Source: Oscillospiraceae bacterium
Lineage (GTDB): Bacteria > Bacillota > Clostridia > Oscillospirales > CAG-272
Assembly: GCA_015064395.1 (NCBI GenBank)
Contig: SVSH01000004.1
Location: forward strand, 6,901-70,900
Length of the DNA stretch: 64,000 bases
Direction of reading: 5' to 3'
Below the pieces are notes generated by a model. It saw nothing but the letters and a program-made list of their open reading frames with translations, was not told the origin of the DNA and did not search any database. Made by a program: the position numbers and the translations under genes. Below, one piece after another: positions 17,948 through 26,872 of this stretch (position 1 is the stretch's first letter; every line of letters begins with the position of its first letter).

Positions 17948-18334
17948 TTACAGAAGTTTGCTTGGAAACTTGGAGCTGCTCTTGGATGGTGGATTCTTTT
18001 TTGCAAATACCAAATGGAATATAAAGCCGATGCCAAAAGAAACAAGGCCGATAACCTCGATGATTTTTGCATATAAATAGCTGGCGTAAGAGACTTCTGT
18101 GTACACTCCGTGAGAATCCAGGTAGTAGTGTCCCGCTTGATATAACTCGTAATCCGTGGCGGCATTATTGAACGCACTTCCGCCGAGAATCAAGGTTGAA
18201 ATAAAAAACACAAAAAAAGGAAGATAGAAAAGAGTAGAGAACAACTGGGTATATTTTTTAGCAATGATGGCATTTTTAATTTCAATAATGGTTTTGATTA
18301 ATATCAAACCAAAGACGATGTAAGCTAAAATCAT
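17948..18334 (-). CDS. small AT-rich hypothetical membrane protein
   Basis: Three hydrophobic segments and a GHYYLDSHGVYTEVS loop; AAGGAG RBS; about 25-40% GC in sampled lines vs about 60% in radA. Confidence 0.75.
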   Translation of the reverse strand: MILAYIVFGLILIKTIIEIKNAIIAKKYTQLFSTLFYLPFFVFFISTLILGGSAFNNAATDYELYQAGHYYLDSHGVYTEVSYASYLYAKIIEVIGLVSFGIGFIFHLVFAKKNPPSKSSSKFPSKLL

Positions 18335-18350
18335 TCAGTTACTCCTTTTG

Positions 18351-19748
18351 TCAATTTTTATTTTCTGTATTCAAAAATTTCAGCGTATCGTAGATCGTCC
18401 GAATGGGAATGAGCTCAATGCCCTCGCACTTGATGGCCCGCTTTTCAATGTTGCGATAGGGCACGATGGCGCGGCGGAAACCGAGTCGGGCCGCCTCACG
18501 AACGCGCAGCTCCAGATTGGACACGGCGCGGCATTCGCCCGAAAGACCAAGCTCACCCACGGCGATGAGGTCATCGGGAATGATGCGGTCGGTGTGCGAC
18601 GAGATGAGGGCCAGCGCCATCGCCACGTCGGACGCCGGCTCGTCGATGTGCAAGCCGCCGACAACGTTGATATAAACGTCATTTTGGGAAAATCTGAGTC
18701 CCATACGCTTCTCCAGTACGGCCAAAATAAGGCACAGACGGTTGTAGTCCATACCGTTGTTCGTTCGGCGTGGAGCGGGGAAGACGGTAGGGGAAACGAG
18801 GGCTTGTACCTCGGCAATCAAGGGACGAGTGCCCTCCATGGTGCACACGGCGCAGTTGCCCGAGATGTTTTTTGGACGTCCGGCCAACAGCATTTCGGAG
18901 GGATTGGTGACCTCGCACAGCCCCGTGTCGGTCATTTCAAACACGCCGATCTCGTTGGTCGAGCCGTAGCGGTTTTTGATGGCGCGAATGATGCGGTAGG
19001 ATTGCTGACGCTCACCCTCAAAATACAGCACCGCGTCCACCATATGCTCCAGCACCTTGGGGCCGGCAATGCCGCCCTCTTTGTTGACGTGACCGACGAG
19101 CATGATGGAAATGCCCTCGCTCTTGGCCTTGGCAATGAGTGCCAGCGTGCATTCCTTGACTTGCGACACACTGCCCTGGGTCGAGTTGGCCGTGTCGGAA
19201 TAGATGGTCTGAATGGAGTCGATGATGATGACGTCGGGCTTGACCTTGTCGGTCTGTGCCATGATGCGCTCCAGGTTGGTCTCGGTCAGAATGAACAGAT
19301 TGGTGCCCATAACACCAAGCCTCTTGGCGCGCAGCTTGAGCTGTCCGCCCGATTCCTCACCCGATACGTACAGCACGCGATGCCCCTGTCCGAGAGAGTC
19401 GCAGATCTGCATGAGCAGAGTGGATTTACCGATACCCGGCTCGCCCGAGAGAAGAATAACGGAGCCGGTGACAAGTCCGCCACCGCCCAGCACCCGGTCA
19501 AGCTCGCTCATGCCGGTCGGAAACCGCATATAGGAGGGCATGTCCAGCTGCTCGTAGGGAAGTGCCTCGCTCTCGGTCACAGCCCGCAAGGCGGCTCGCT
19601 TGTTGGCAGTCGCGCCGGCGGCGGGAGTCGTCTCGATGACGTCCTCAACAAAGGAATTCCACGCGCCGCAAGAGGGGCATTTGCCCAGCCACTTGGGGCT
19701 CTTCATTTCGCATTCCGAGCAGATATAGATGGTTTTGGTTCCTTTCAT
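18351..19748 (-). CDS. radA: DNA repair protein RadA/Sms
   Basis: C4 Zn finger CSEC..GKCPSC, GEPGIGKST, KNRYG motif, C-terminal Lon-like domain. Confidence 0.97.
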   Translation of the reverse strand: MKGTKTIYICSECEMKSPKWLGKCPSCGAWNSFVEDVIETTPAAGATANKRAALRAVTESEALPYEQLDMPSYMRFPTGMSELDRVLGGGGLVTGSVILLSGEPGIGKSTLLMQICDSLGQGHRVLYVSGEESGGQLKLRAKRLGVMGTNLFILTETNLERIMAQTDKVKPDVIIIDSIQTIYSDTANSTQGSVSQVKECTLALIAKAKSEGISIMLVGHVNKEGGIAGPKVLEHMVDAVLYFEGERQQSYRIIRAIKNRYGSTNEIGVFEMTDTGLCEVTNPSEMLLAGRPKNISGNCAVCTMEGTRPLIAEVQALVSPTVFPAPRRTNNGMDYNRLCLILAVLEKRMGLRFSQNDVYINVVGGLHIDEPASDVAMALALISSHTDRIIPDDLIAVGELGLSGECRAVSNLELRVREAARLGFRRAIVPYRNIEKRAIKCEGIELIPIRTIYDTLKFLNTENKN

Positions 19749-20637
19749 GCTGTGTGTCCTCCGTTTTAGAGCAGTGATCGGTCATCTCTCGTTTTATTAT
19801 ACGGTATTTTTTATCGAAAATCAAGTCCTTGTCGGCGAAAAGCTCAACTTTTGACCAAAGAGGGGCGCTTTCCTTCGTTTGCTCGCACAGCGCCTGTCGA
19901 ATGGCGCAAAACAGCAAAAAGGCAAGCTTTTGCTGATAGTCTGCCTGCTCCAACAGCCGGCACTCGTCCTCGTTGGATAAAAAGCCGCACTCGACCAAGA
20001 CAGCCGGGCATTTCAGATGCTCCAACAGAAAAATGTCCGACCCCGCTTTTTTAATGTGCCTGTGATTGTCCGGCTGCAGCTGCTCCTGCGTTCTGTCTTG
20101 TATGTGCGCGGCGAGCGTCTGTGATAGGGCGTGGTTGGGGGAGTAGTAGACCTGCAGACCGTGATACTTGGCTTGCGTAAAGGCATTCATGTGGATACTG
20201 ACGAACAGTGCCCCCGGGGTGCTTTGCCCAACGTGCAGGCGAGCCGCGAGATCGAGTACCTTTTTTCGCCCTTGATAGTCGGTGTTCCGATCGTACAGGA
20301 GAACGTCCTTCTCGCGGGTCAGAATGACGTTGATGCCTTCAGCCTCCAGCAGGTCGCGCAGGGTCAGCGTGATGGCAAGATTGATGTCCTTTTCGTATAC
20401 CTCTCGCCCGTCGATATGACCGATAGCGCCCCCGTCCTCACCCCCGTGTCCCGCGTCCAGGATGACGGTGTGGTAGGCCGGTGTCTCATCAGTCGCTCCA
20501 AAGGAGGGAAGCGGCGTAAGGCTTCCTTGCCGCAAAAACAAAAACAGAGCGACCATGCCTGCGACGGATAGGAGCAAAAGCAGAACAAAGGCGGCATATT
20601 CAGCAAAGCAGAGCAATATCTTTCGCTTTTCGCACAT
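19645..20637 (-). CDS. cwlD: N-acetylmuramoyl-L-alanine amidase (Amidase_3, CwlD-like); ORF carries an anomalous ~75-codon C-terminal extension
   Basis: N-terminal TM, ILDAGHGGEDGG, EKDINL, FVSIHMN and VLVECGFLSN motifs; sigmaE-like promoter upstream. Confidence 0.75.
   Translation of the reverse strand: MCEKRKILLCFAEYAAFVLLLLLSVAGMVALFLFLRQGSLTPLPSFGATDETPAYHTVILDAGHGGEDGGAIGHIDGREVYEKDINLAITLTLRDLLEAEGINVILTREKDVLLYDRNTDYQGRKKVLDLAARLHVGQSTPGALFVSIHMNAFTQAKYHGLQVYYSPNHALSQTLAAHIQDRTQEQLQPDNHRHIKKAGSDIFLLEHLKCPAVLVECGFLSNEDECRLLEQADYQQKLAFLLFCAIRQALCEQTKESAPLWSKVELFADKDLIFDKKYRIIKREMTDHCSKTEDTQHERNQNHLYLLGMRNEEPQVAGQMPLLRRVEFLC
19796..19824 (-). promoter_or_regulatory. sigmaA promoter for radA (inside the amidase ORF extension)
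   Basis: TTGATT-N17-TATAAT on the minus strand. Confidence 0.65.
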
Positions 20638-20671
20638 GACGGGACCTCCCCAAAAGCCTTGGATTTATTTT

Positions 20672-20699
20672 ATCATATGCGAGGTGCCGAAAAATATGA
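20672..20699 (-). promoter_or_regulatory. sigmaE-like promoter for the amidase
   Basis: TCATATT-N13-CATATGAT on the minus strand. Confidence 0.6.
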
Positions 20700-20745
20700 A
20701 ACAGAAAAGGTGCCCACACGGGCACCTTTTACGGGAAACATTCGA

Positions 20746-20970
20746 TTACTTGTGTGCTTCGAGATAGTTGACAACGTCGCCGATGGTGACGAACTTGTGG
20801 AATTCCTCGTCCTCGATCTCAACGCCGAATTTGTCCTCGCACATCATAGCCAGGTCGTAAAGCTCGATGGAATTGATGTTCAAGTCGCCCTTCAGCTCTG
20901 CCTCCATGGTGATGGTGCTCTCGTCCAGCTGCAGCTCCTCAACCAGGAGATTCTTGAAAGTTTCAAACAT
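20746..20970 (-). CDS. acpP: acyl carrier protein
   Basis: Acidic 74-aa protein with DLNINSIE (phosphopantetheine Ser) and FGVEIEDE...TIGDVVNY; GGAGGA RBS. Confidence 0.85.
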   Translation of the reverse strand: MFETFKNLLVEELQLDESTITMEAELKGDLNINSIELYDLAMMCEDKFGVEIEDEEFHKFVTIGDVVNYLEAHK

Positions 20971-21036
20971 TGGTTTGTCCTCCACGTTTTCTCTTTTTAT
21001 CGTATGTAATATGACTTTTGCCTCATATTCTTGTCT

Positions 21037-21065
21037 ATTATAGCGTATGCTCCTGCGTTTGTCAA
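21037..21065 (-). promoter_or_regulatory. consensus sigmaA promoter for ACP
   Basis: TTGACA-N17-TATAAT on the minus strand. Confidence 0.8.
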
Positions 21066-21171
21066 TGGTATTTTACAATCTTTTCAAAAAAGTTGACCTG
21101 TCACCATCTATGGGTTTGGCATCTCCGACGTAAAAGACAAAAGAAGGAATGATGAATTTTTGCAAAAACAC

Positions 21172-21200
21172 TTGCAAAACGGTTTATAATCTGTTATAAT
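21172..21200 (+). promoter_or_regulatory. sigmaA promoter (extended -10) for the SRP RNA
   Basis: TTGCAA-N17-TATAAT with TGn. Confidence 0.75.
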
Positions 21201-21231
21201 AATCAAAGTGAGCAGCGTCGGGCTGCGAAAC

Positions 21232-21506
21232 GAGGTCATACCAGTCGGGGGAGTAGCGGAGCCCTGTACCTGAAATCCGCTATAGCAGGGATGGATTCCT
21301 CTGTTGAGGGCCGACCGTTTACGGTTTGAGTCGCATCGCTCGTGTTGAGAGATGGGTCTTGCGCAATCGGTGGCTGTGAACCATGTCAGGTGGGGAACCA
21401 AGCAGCATTAAGCAGTTTAGCCGGTGTGCCGCGAGGGTGCCTGTTTTGAGCGAGAGGTGCGTGCCTCGCGTAGGCGTGACGTTCGATTCAGAGGTGTATG
21501 GTCTCG
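21232..21506 (+). ncRNA. ffs: large (Alu-containing) bacterial signal recognition particle RNA
   Basis: Matches B. subtilis scRNA landmarks GGGGxxGTAGCGGxGCCCTGTACCTGxAATCCGCTxTAGCAGGG and GAACCATGTCAGGT..GGAA..AAGCAGCATTAAG; 5' and 3' ends pair (21228-21240 with 21496-21509); upstream of dnaX as in Bacillus. End coordinates approximate. Confidence 0.95.
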
Positions 21507-21555
21507 TTTTACAGCCCGGGTTGCTCTATTTTTATATCTCTCGTGGAGGATACCC

Positions 21556-22392
21556 ATGAAGATCGGTGTCAGCTCTTATAGCTTCCGTCGTTATCGAAAC
21601 GCCACCGGCGCGACGCTGGCAGACGTATGCCGCAAGGCGCGCGAGATCGGCTTTGATGCCGTTGAATTCATTGCCTTAGGCGGCGACGATCCCATCGCAC
21701 AGGCAAATGAATTGCGAGCCCTGTGCGCGGAATTGGGGCTGGAGATCAGTGCGTATACCGTAGGCGCCGATTTGATGGCAGAGGACGTAGAGGCGGTGGT
21801 GAAGCAGCTTTGCCGTTGCGTTGACGTGACCGAGGCTTTGGGCGCTTCCATCATGCGCCACGACGTGTGCTACTCCTTGCCCGAGGGCGTGAGCTGGGAA
21901 GCGGCTGTCGAGCAAATGGCGCCCCATATCCGCCGCGTGACCGAATACGCAAAGGCCAAAGGCATTCGCACCTGTACGGAGAACCACGGCTTTATTTTCC
22001 AGGACAGTGTGCGCGTCAAAGCGCTGATCGACGCGGTGGGCGATGAAAACTATCGCTGGTTGGTTGACCTTGGCAACTTTTTATGTGTGGACGAGCCTCC
22101 TCTTGAGGCGGTCAGAACGGCGGTGCCATACGCCATTCACGTCCACGCAAAAGACTTTATTTTCCGCCCCGCCGATATGCCGACACCGGAAGGGTTTATT
22201 TGCACCCGAGGGGGCAACTTTATCCGAGGGACGATCCTCGGTCATGGTGTCGTTCCGCTGGAGGCGTGTGTCAAGGCACTCAAGGAGAGTGGCTACGACG
22301 GTACGCTTTCGCTGGAATTTGAAGGATTTGAAGACAACCTGTTGGCGCTTGAGATGGGGTATCGAACGCTTGGGCGACTGGTTGAAGCTTAA
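21556..22392 (+). CDS. sugar phosphate isomerase/epimerase family TIM-barrel protein
   Basis: GFDAVEF, TENH, VDLGNF, HVHAKD and GYDGTLSLEFEG metal-site motifs; GGAGG RBS. Confidence 0.88.
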   Translation: MKIGVSSYSFRRYRNATGATLADVCRKAREIGFDAVEFIALGGDDPIAQANELRALCAELGLEISAYTVGADLMAEDVEAVVKQLCRCVDVTEALGASIMRHDVCYSLPEGVSWEAAVEQMAPHIRRVTEYAKAKGIRTCTENHGFIFQDSVRVKALIDAVGDENYRWLVDLGNFLCVDEPPLEAVRTAVPYAIHVHAKDFIFRPADMPTPEGFICTRGGNFIRGTILGHGVVPLEACVKALKESGYDGTLSLEFEGFEDNLLALEMGYRTLGRLVEA

Positions 22393-22418
22393 TTTTGTGA
22401 TAAGGAGACGTGAAAAGT

Positions 22419-24044
22419 ATGCATCAGGCATTATACCGCAAATGGAGACCGCAGACGTTTGACGACGTGTGCGGACAGGAGCATATCACGTCTATTTTGA
22501 AATACGAGGCGGATCACGGTGCGTTCAGCCACGCGTATCTCTTCTGTGGCTCGCGCGGTACGGGGAAAACGACCTGCGCCAAGATCCTTGCCAAGGTGGT
22601 CAACTGCGAGCATCCGGTAAACGGCTCGCCCTGCGGCGAGTGTGCCGCCTGCCGTGCCATCGACAACGGGGCTGCGACTGACGTTTTGGAAATGGACGCC
22701 GCCTCCAACAACGGCGTCGATAACATCCGCGATATCCGTGACGAGGTCGTGTTCGCACCCAACGCGCTCAAATACCGCGTGTACATCATCGACGAGGTGC
22801 ATATGCTGTCGGGAAGTGCCTTCAACGCACTGCTCAAAACGCTGGAGGAGCCGCCCGCCCACGTGGTGTTTATTCTCGCGACCACCGAGCTGCAAAAGCT
22901 GCCCGCGACCATCATTTCGCGCTGTCAGCGCTTTGATTTCCGCCGGATCGCCACGCCCGTGCTTCGTGACCGCCTGTTGCACATCGCAAAGGTCGAGGGC
23001 ATCACTCTTGACGAGGACGCCGCGACCCTTTTGGGCAAGCTCGCCCAGGGCGGTATGCGCGATGCTATCTCACTGCTGGAGCTTTGTGCCGGCGCGCGTC
23101 GCCCCATTACTCCCGCGCTCGTCAATGAAACGGTAGGACTGACGGGCAGAGAAGCCCTGCTTTCCACCGTCCGTGCCATCGCCTCCCGCGACTACGATGC
23201 CCTGTACGCTCGCATCGCCGAGGTGGTGCAATCCTCTATGGATCTTGGCGTGTTCTGGCAGGATCTGATTTCGATCTACCGCGATATGTTGGTGGTCAAG
23301 ACAACGCCTCGCCATGCCGAATATCTGGATCTGACCGACGCCGAATGCCAGCAGCTTCGCGAGGTCAGCGGACTCTTTTCCAAGGAGACCATCCTCTACC
23401 ATCGTCAGCTTTTGGATAGTGCCTACGTTATCATGCAAAGCGCCAATGCCCTCAAGCGTGTGACAGCAGAGCTGACGCTCACCCGTATGTGCGATGAGTC
23501 GCTCAGCACCTCCAACGAGGCGCTTCTGTCCCGCATGGCAAGGCTTGAGGAAATGCTGCTGTCGGGTCAATTCAGCGCCCCCAAAGCGCAAGATGAGCCT
23601 GCCGAGCAACCGACACCCACGCCTGCGCCGCAGCCCAAGGCAGAGCCCGTGACAGCACCCGAACAAAAGCCAACGGTCCAAGCCTCCACCCCTGCGCCCA
23701 AGGCACCGGCCGCAGATACCGAGGGCAAGCGAGTGCTGCGTCCTCTGCGCGCCTGGCCCGAGGTGGTCGAGCGTGTCACCAAGCAGAGCGGCATGGCCGC
23801 CTCCTTCCTCAAGACGGCCGCTTGCTATACCGAGGGCGAGAGCACGGTGATCGTCCGCTTTGACAACGACTTTGCCCTGATGATGATCGACCGCGGCGAT
23901 GCCAAGGATATTTTGCGCGGCGCGCTGTCTGTCTGTCTCCAGCGTGAGGTCAGGGAAAGGGACCTTGTTTGCGAGGTCAAGCCTAAAGCCACCGAGGCAA
24001 GCGCGATCGATGAGATCATCGAGGAATTGGAACAGGATTTTTAA
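22419..24044 (+). CDS. dnaX: DNA polymerase III subunit gamma/tau
   Basis: ALYRKWRPQTF, GSRGTGKT, Zn module, DEVHML, SRC motif; alternative GTG start at 22410. Confidence 0.97.
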   Translation: MHQALYRKWRPQTFDDVCGQEHITSILKYEADHGAFSHAYLFCGSRGTGKTTCAKILAKVVNCEHPVNGSPCGECAACRAIDNGAATDVLEMDAASNNGVDNIRDIRDEVVFAPNALKYRVYIIDEVHMLSGSAFNALLKTLEEPPAHVVFILATTELQKLPATIISRCQRFDFRRIATPVLRDRLLHIAKVEGITLDEDAATLLGKLAQGGMRDAISLLELCAGARRPITPALVNETVGLTGREALLSTVRAIASRDYDALYARIAEVVQSSMDLGVFWQDLISIYRDMLVVKTTPRHAEYLDLTDAECQQLREVSGLFSKETILYHRQLLDSAYVIMQSANALKRVTAELTLTRMCDESLSTSNEALLSRMARLEEMLLSGQFSAPKAQDEPAEQPTPTPAPQPKAEPVTAPEQKPTVQASTPAPKAPAADTEGKRVLRPLRAWPEVVERVTKQSGMAASFLKTAACYTEGESTVIVRFDNDFALMMIDRGDAKDILRGALSVCLQREVRERDLVCEVKPKATEASAIDEIIEELEQDF

Positions 24045-24077
24045 TCAATTTACATAAAAACAAAAGGAGAGATCACT

Positions 24078-24422
24078 ATGAGAGCAAACATCCCCAAGGG
24101 TATGGGCGGTGCCGGTAATATGCAGGCTATGCTGCGCCAGGCACAGAAGATGCAGGAGGATATGGCCAATCTGCAGGCCGAGCTGGACGAAAAGGTTTAT
24201 GACGTCAGCGCGGGTGGCGGCATGGTCAAGGTGAGCATCAACGGTAAAAAGGAGATCCTCGCCATCGATATCAAGCCCGATATCGTCGATCCCGACGACA
24301 TCGAAACGCTGTCTGACATTCTCGTCGCGGCCGTCAACCAGGCCATCACCCAGGTCGAAACCACCAACACCACGGAAATGGGCAAGATCACGGGCGGCAT
24401 GAATATGCCCGGACTCTTCTGA
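24078..24422 (+). CDS. YbaB/EbfC family nucleoid-associated protein
   Basis: MLRQAQKMQ, AGGGMVKV and DPDDIETLSD motifs; located between dnaX and recR. Confidence 0.95.
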   Translation: MRANIPKGMGGAGNMQAMLRQAQKMQEDMANLQAELDEKVYDVSAGGGMVKVSINGKKEILAIDIKPDIVDPDDIETLSDILVAAVNQAITQVETTNTTEMGKITGGMNMPGLF

Positions 24423-24423
24423 T

Positions 24424-25029
24424 ATGGCTGAATATATGGAATCCCTCCAGCACCTGGCCGAGCAATTCGGCAAGCTGGAGGGGGTCGGCCGTAAAACAGC
24501 CATGAGATTGGCTTATTCCGTTGTGGATATGTCGGTCGAGGATGCAACCGCCTTTGCCGACGCCATCCGCGTCGCCAAGGAGCGGATACACTTGTGTCCC
24601 GTGTGCCAGAATCTGACCGACAGGGAGCTGTGTCCCGTCTGTCGCGACGACTCGCGCGACCGCTCTACCGTCTGTGTCGTGGCCGACGCCAAGGCTGTGC
24701 TGGCGATGGAGAAGGTCAGGGAATACCGCGGTGTCTATCACGTCCTGCACGGGCTGATCTCGCCCATGAACGGCGTCACGCCCGACAATATCAAGATCCG
24801 CGAGCTGCTCACCCGTGTGGGCGAGGGAGAGGTGGAGGAGCTCATCATCGCCACCAACCCCACCATCGAGGGCGAGGCGACGGCTATGTACATCTCGCGC
24901 CTCATGAAGCCGCTGGGCGTCAAGGTCACACGACTTGCCTACGGTATCCCCGTGGGCGCCGACCTCGAATATGCTGACGAGGTCACCCTCTGCCGCGCGC
25001 TGGAGGGCAGACGGAGCGTGGAGGATTGA
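24424..25029 (+). CDS. recR: recombination mediator RecR
   Basis: GVGRKTAMRLA, C4 Zn finger, Toprim ATNPTIEGE, LEYADEVTL. Confidence 0.97.
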   Translation: MAEYMESLQHLAEQFGKLEGVGRKTAMRLAYSVVDMSVEDATAFADAIRVAKERIHLCPVCQNLTDRELCPVCRDDSRDRSTVCVVADAKAVLAMEKVREYRGVYHVLHGLISPMNGVTPDNIKIRELLTRVGEGEVEELIIATNPTIEGEATAMYISRLMKPLGVKVTRLAYGIPVGADLEYADEVTLCRALEGRRSVED

Positions 25030-25038
25030 GCGAAATAG

Positions 25039-25079
25039 AAGCATCTCGATGGCATACGAATGCCGCCGGGATGCTTTTT
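25039..25079 (+). terminator. intrinsic terminator
   Basis: AAGCATCTCGATGGCAT / ATGCCGCCGGGATGCTT imperfect stem followed by a T-run. Confidence 0.7.
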
Positions 25080-25102
25080 CTTATCTTTTTTTGAAAAATA
25101 TG

Positions 25103-25131
25103 TTGTAATTTTTCAAATTCTATGATATACT
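25103..25131 (+). promoter_or_regulatory. sigmaA promoter for sufC-sufBD
   Basis: TTGTAA-N17-TATACT. Confidence 0.6.
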
Positions 25132-25188
25132 ACTTAATCGACCATTTGATCGATAATCTATCGCATATGAAAGGGGGTATTTTATCCC

Positions 25189-25923
25189 ATGTTGGAATTA
25201 AAACACGTATCTTATGCCGTTCCCGCGGAAAATGATTCTACGGAAACGAAGGAAATATTACATGACGTCAGTTTGACCATTGACGAGCGCTTTGTGGCCA
25301 TCACCGGCCCCAACGGCGGCGGTAAGTCGACGCTGGCCCGCGTCATCGCGGGCATTGCACAGCCCACCTCGGGTGAGATCTGGCTGGACGGTCAGAACAT
25401 CACAAGTCTCGGTATCACCGAGCGCGCCCGTCTTGGTATCAGCTTTGCGTTTCAGCAGCCTGTCCGCTTCAAGGGCATCACGGTCAACGACCTGATCAAC
25501 CTGGCGGCCGGCAAGCCGCTGACCATCGCCCAGGCCTGTGAATACCTCAGCGAAGTCGGCTTGTGTGCTCGCGATTATATTAACCGTGAGGTGAATGCAA
25601 GCCTTTCGGGCGGCGAGCTCAAGCGGATTGAGATCGCGACCGTGCTGGCAAGAGGCACCAAGCTGTCCGTCTTCGACGAGCCCGAAGCGGGCATCGACCT
25701 GTGGAGCTTTGGCAACCTCATCAACGTCTTTGAGAATATGCACGAGCGCCAGGGCGGCTCCATTCTGATCATTTCGCACCAGGAGCGTATCCTCAATATC
25801 GCGGACAAGATCATCGTCATCGCCGACGGTAACATCACGGCAGTCGGCGGTAAGGACGAGGTTTTGCCCGAACTGCTCCGTTCCTCTGCGGCGTGCCCCA
25901 CGCTGCTCCAAAAGCTGTCGTAA
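25189..25923 (+). CDS. sufC: SufC-like ABC ATPase
   Basis: GPNGGGKST, AFQQP, LSGGELKRIE and FDEPEAGIDL motifs; next to a SufBD gene. Confidence 0.85.
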   Translation: MLELKHVSYAVPAENDSTETKEILHDVSLTIDERFVAITGPNGGGKSTLARVIAGIAQPTSGEIWLDGQNITSLGITERARLGISFAFQQPVRFKGITVNDLINLAAGKPLTIAQACEYLSEVGLCARDYINREVNASLSGGELKRIEIATVLARGTKLSVFDEPEAGIDLWSFGNLINVFENMHERQGGSILIISHQERILNIADKIIVIADGNITAVGGKDEVLPELLRSSAACPTLLQKLS

Positions 25924-25936
25924 GGAGGGATGAGAT

Positions 25937-26860
25937 ATGAGCTTGAATGACATTCAAAAGCAGCTTCTGCGCGAGATCGCAGATCTGGAAACGGTTCCCA
26001 AGGGAGCGTATAACATCCGTGCCAACGGCGAGAGCGCCGGTCGCTCTACTACCGCCAATATCGACATCGTGACCAAAACGGACAAGCCCGGCATCGATAT
26101 CATCATCGCGCCCGGCACCAAAAACGAAAGCGTCCATATTCCCGTTATCATCAGCCAGCACGGTCTGAAGGAAATGGTGTACAACGATTTCATCATCGGC
26201 GAGGACGCCGACGTGACCATTATCGCGGGCTGTGGCATTCACAACTGCGGCGACCAGGACTCCTCCCACGACGGTATCCACTCCTTCTTCGTGGGTAAGA
26301 ACGCCCGCATCCGCTACATTGAAAAGCATTACGGCGAGGGTGACGGAATCGGTGGCAAGATCATGAACCCCACGACAGTCATTGAGCTGGCCGAGGGCGC
26401 GGTCATGGAGATGGAATCCACCCAGATCAAGGGCATCGATTCCACCTCGCGCAAGACGGAAGCAAAGCTGGCAGACGGCGCGTCGCTGACCGTGCGCGAG
26501 AAGATCATGACGCACGGCGAGCAGCTGGCCGAGACCGACTTTGTGATCGACATGGACGGCGAGGATTGCGCTTGTCACTTGATTTCCCGTTCGGTCGCAA
26601 AGGACAAGTCGCGCCAGATCTTCCGTTCCAACGTCAAGGGCAACAACCGTTGCACGGGACATTCGGAATGCGATGCCATTATTATGGACGATGCACTGGT
26701 CAGTGCTATCCCCGAGATCACGGCCAGCCACGTGGACGCAAGCCTCATTCACGAGGCCGCCATCGGTAAGATCGCCGGCGAGCAGCTCATGAAGCTGATG
26801 ACGCTGGGTCTGACCGAAAAAGAGGCAGAGGAACAGATCGTAAACGGTTTCTTGAAATAA
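25937..26860 (+). CDS. SufB/SufD family Fe-S scaffold protein
   Basis: Beta-helix-type core, GHSECDAII and HEAAIGKI...GLTEKEAEEQIVNGFL. Confidence 0.9.
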   Translation: MSLNDIQKQLLREIADLETVPKGAYNIRANGESAGRSTTANIDIVTKTDKPGIDIIIAPGTKNESVHIPVIISQHGLKEMVYNDFIIGEDADVTIIAGCGIHNCGDQDSSHDGIHSFFVGKNARIRYIEKHYGEGDGIGGKIMNPTTVIELAEGAVMEMESTQIKGIDSTSRKTEAKLADGASLTVREKIMTHGEQLAETDFVIDMDGEDCACHLISRSVAKDKSRQIFRSNVKGNNRCTGHSECDAIIMDDALVSAIPEITASHVDASLIHEAAIGKIAGEQLMKLMTLGLTEKEAEEQIVNGFLK

Positions 26861-26872
26861 CAAAAAAATGAA

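Noticed and set aside
21108-21401. 97-aa minus-strand ORF
   Set aside because: Overlaps the SRP RNA and its promoter; spurious.
22419-24044. Programmed -1 frameshift in dnaX
   Set aside because: No A-AAA-AAG slippery site with a downstream hairpin seen; the Pro/Ala-rich linker is normal.
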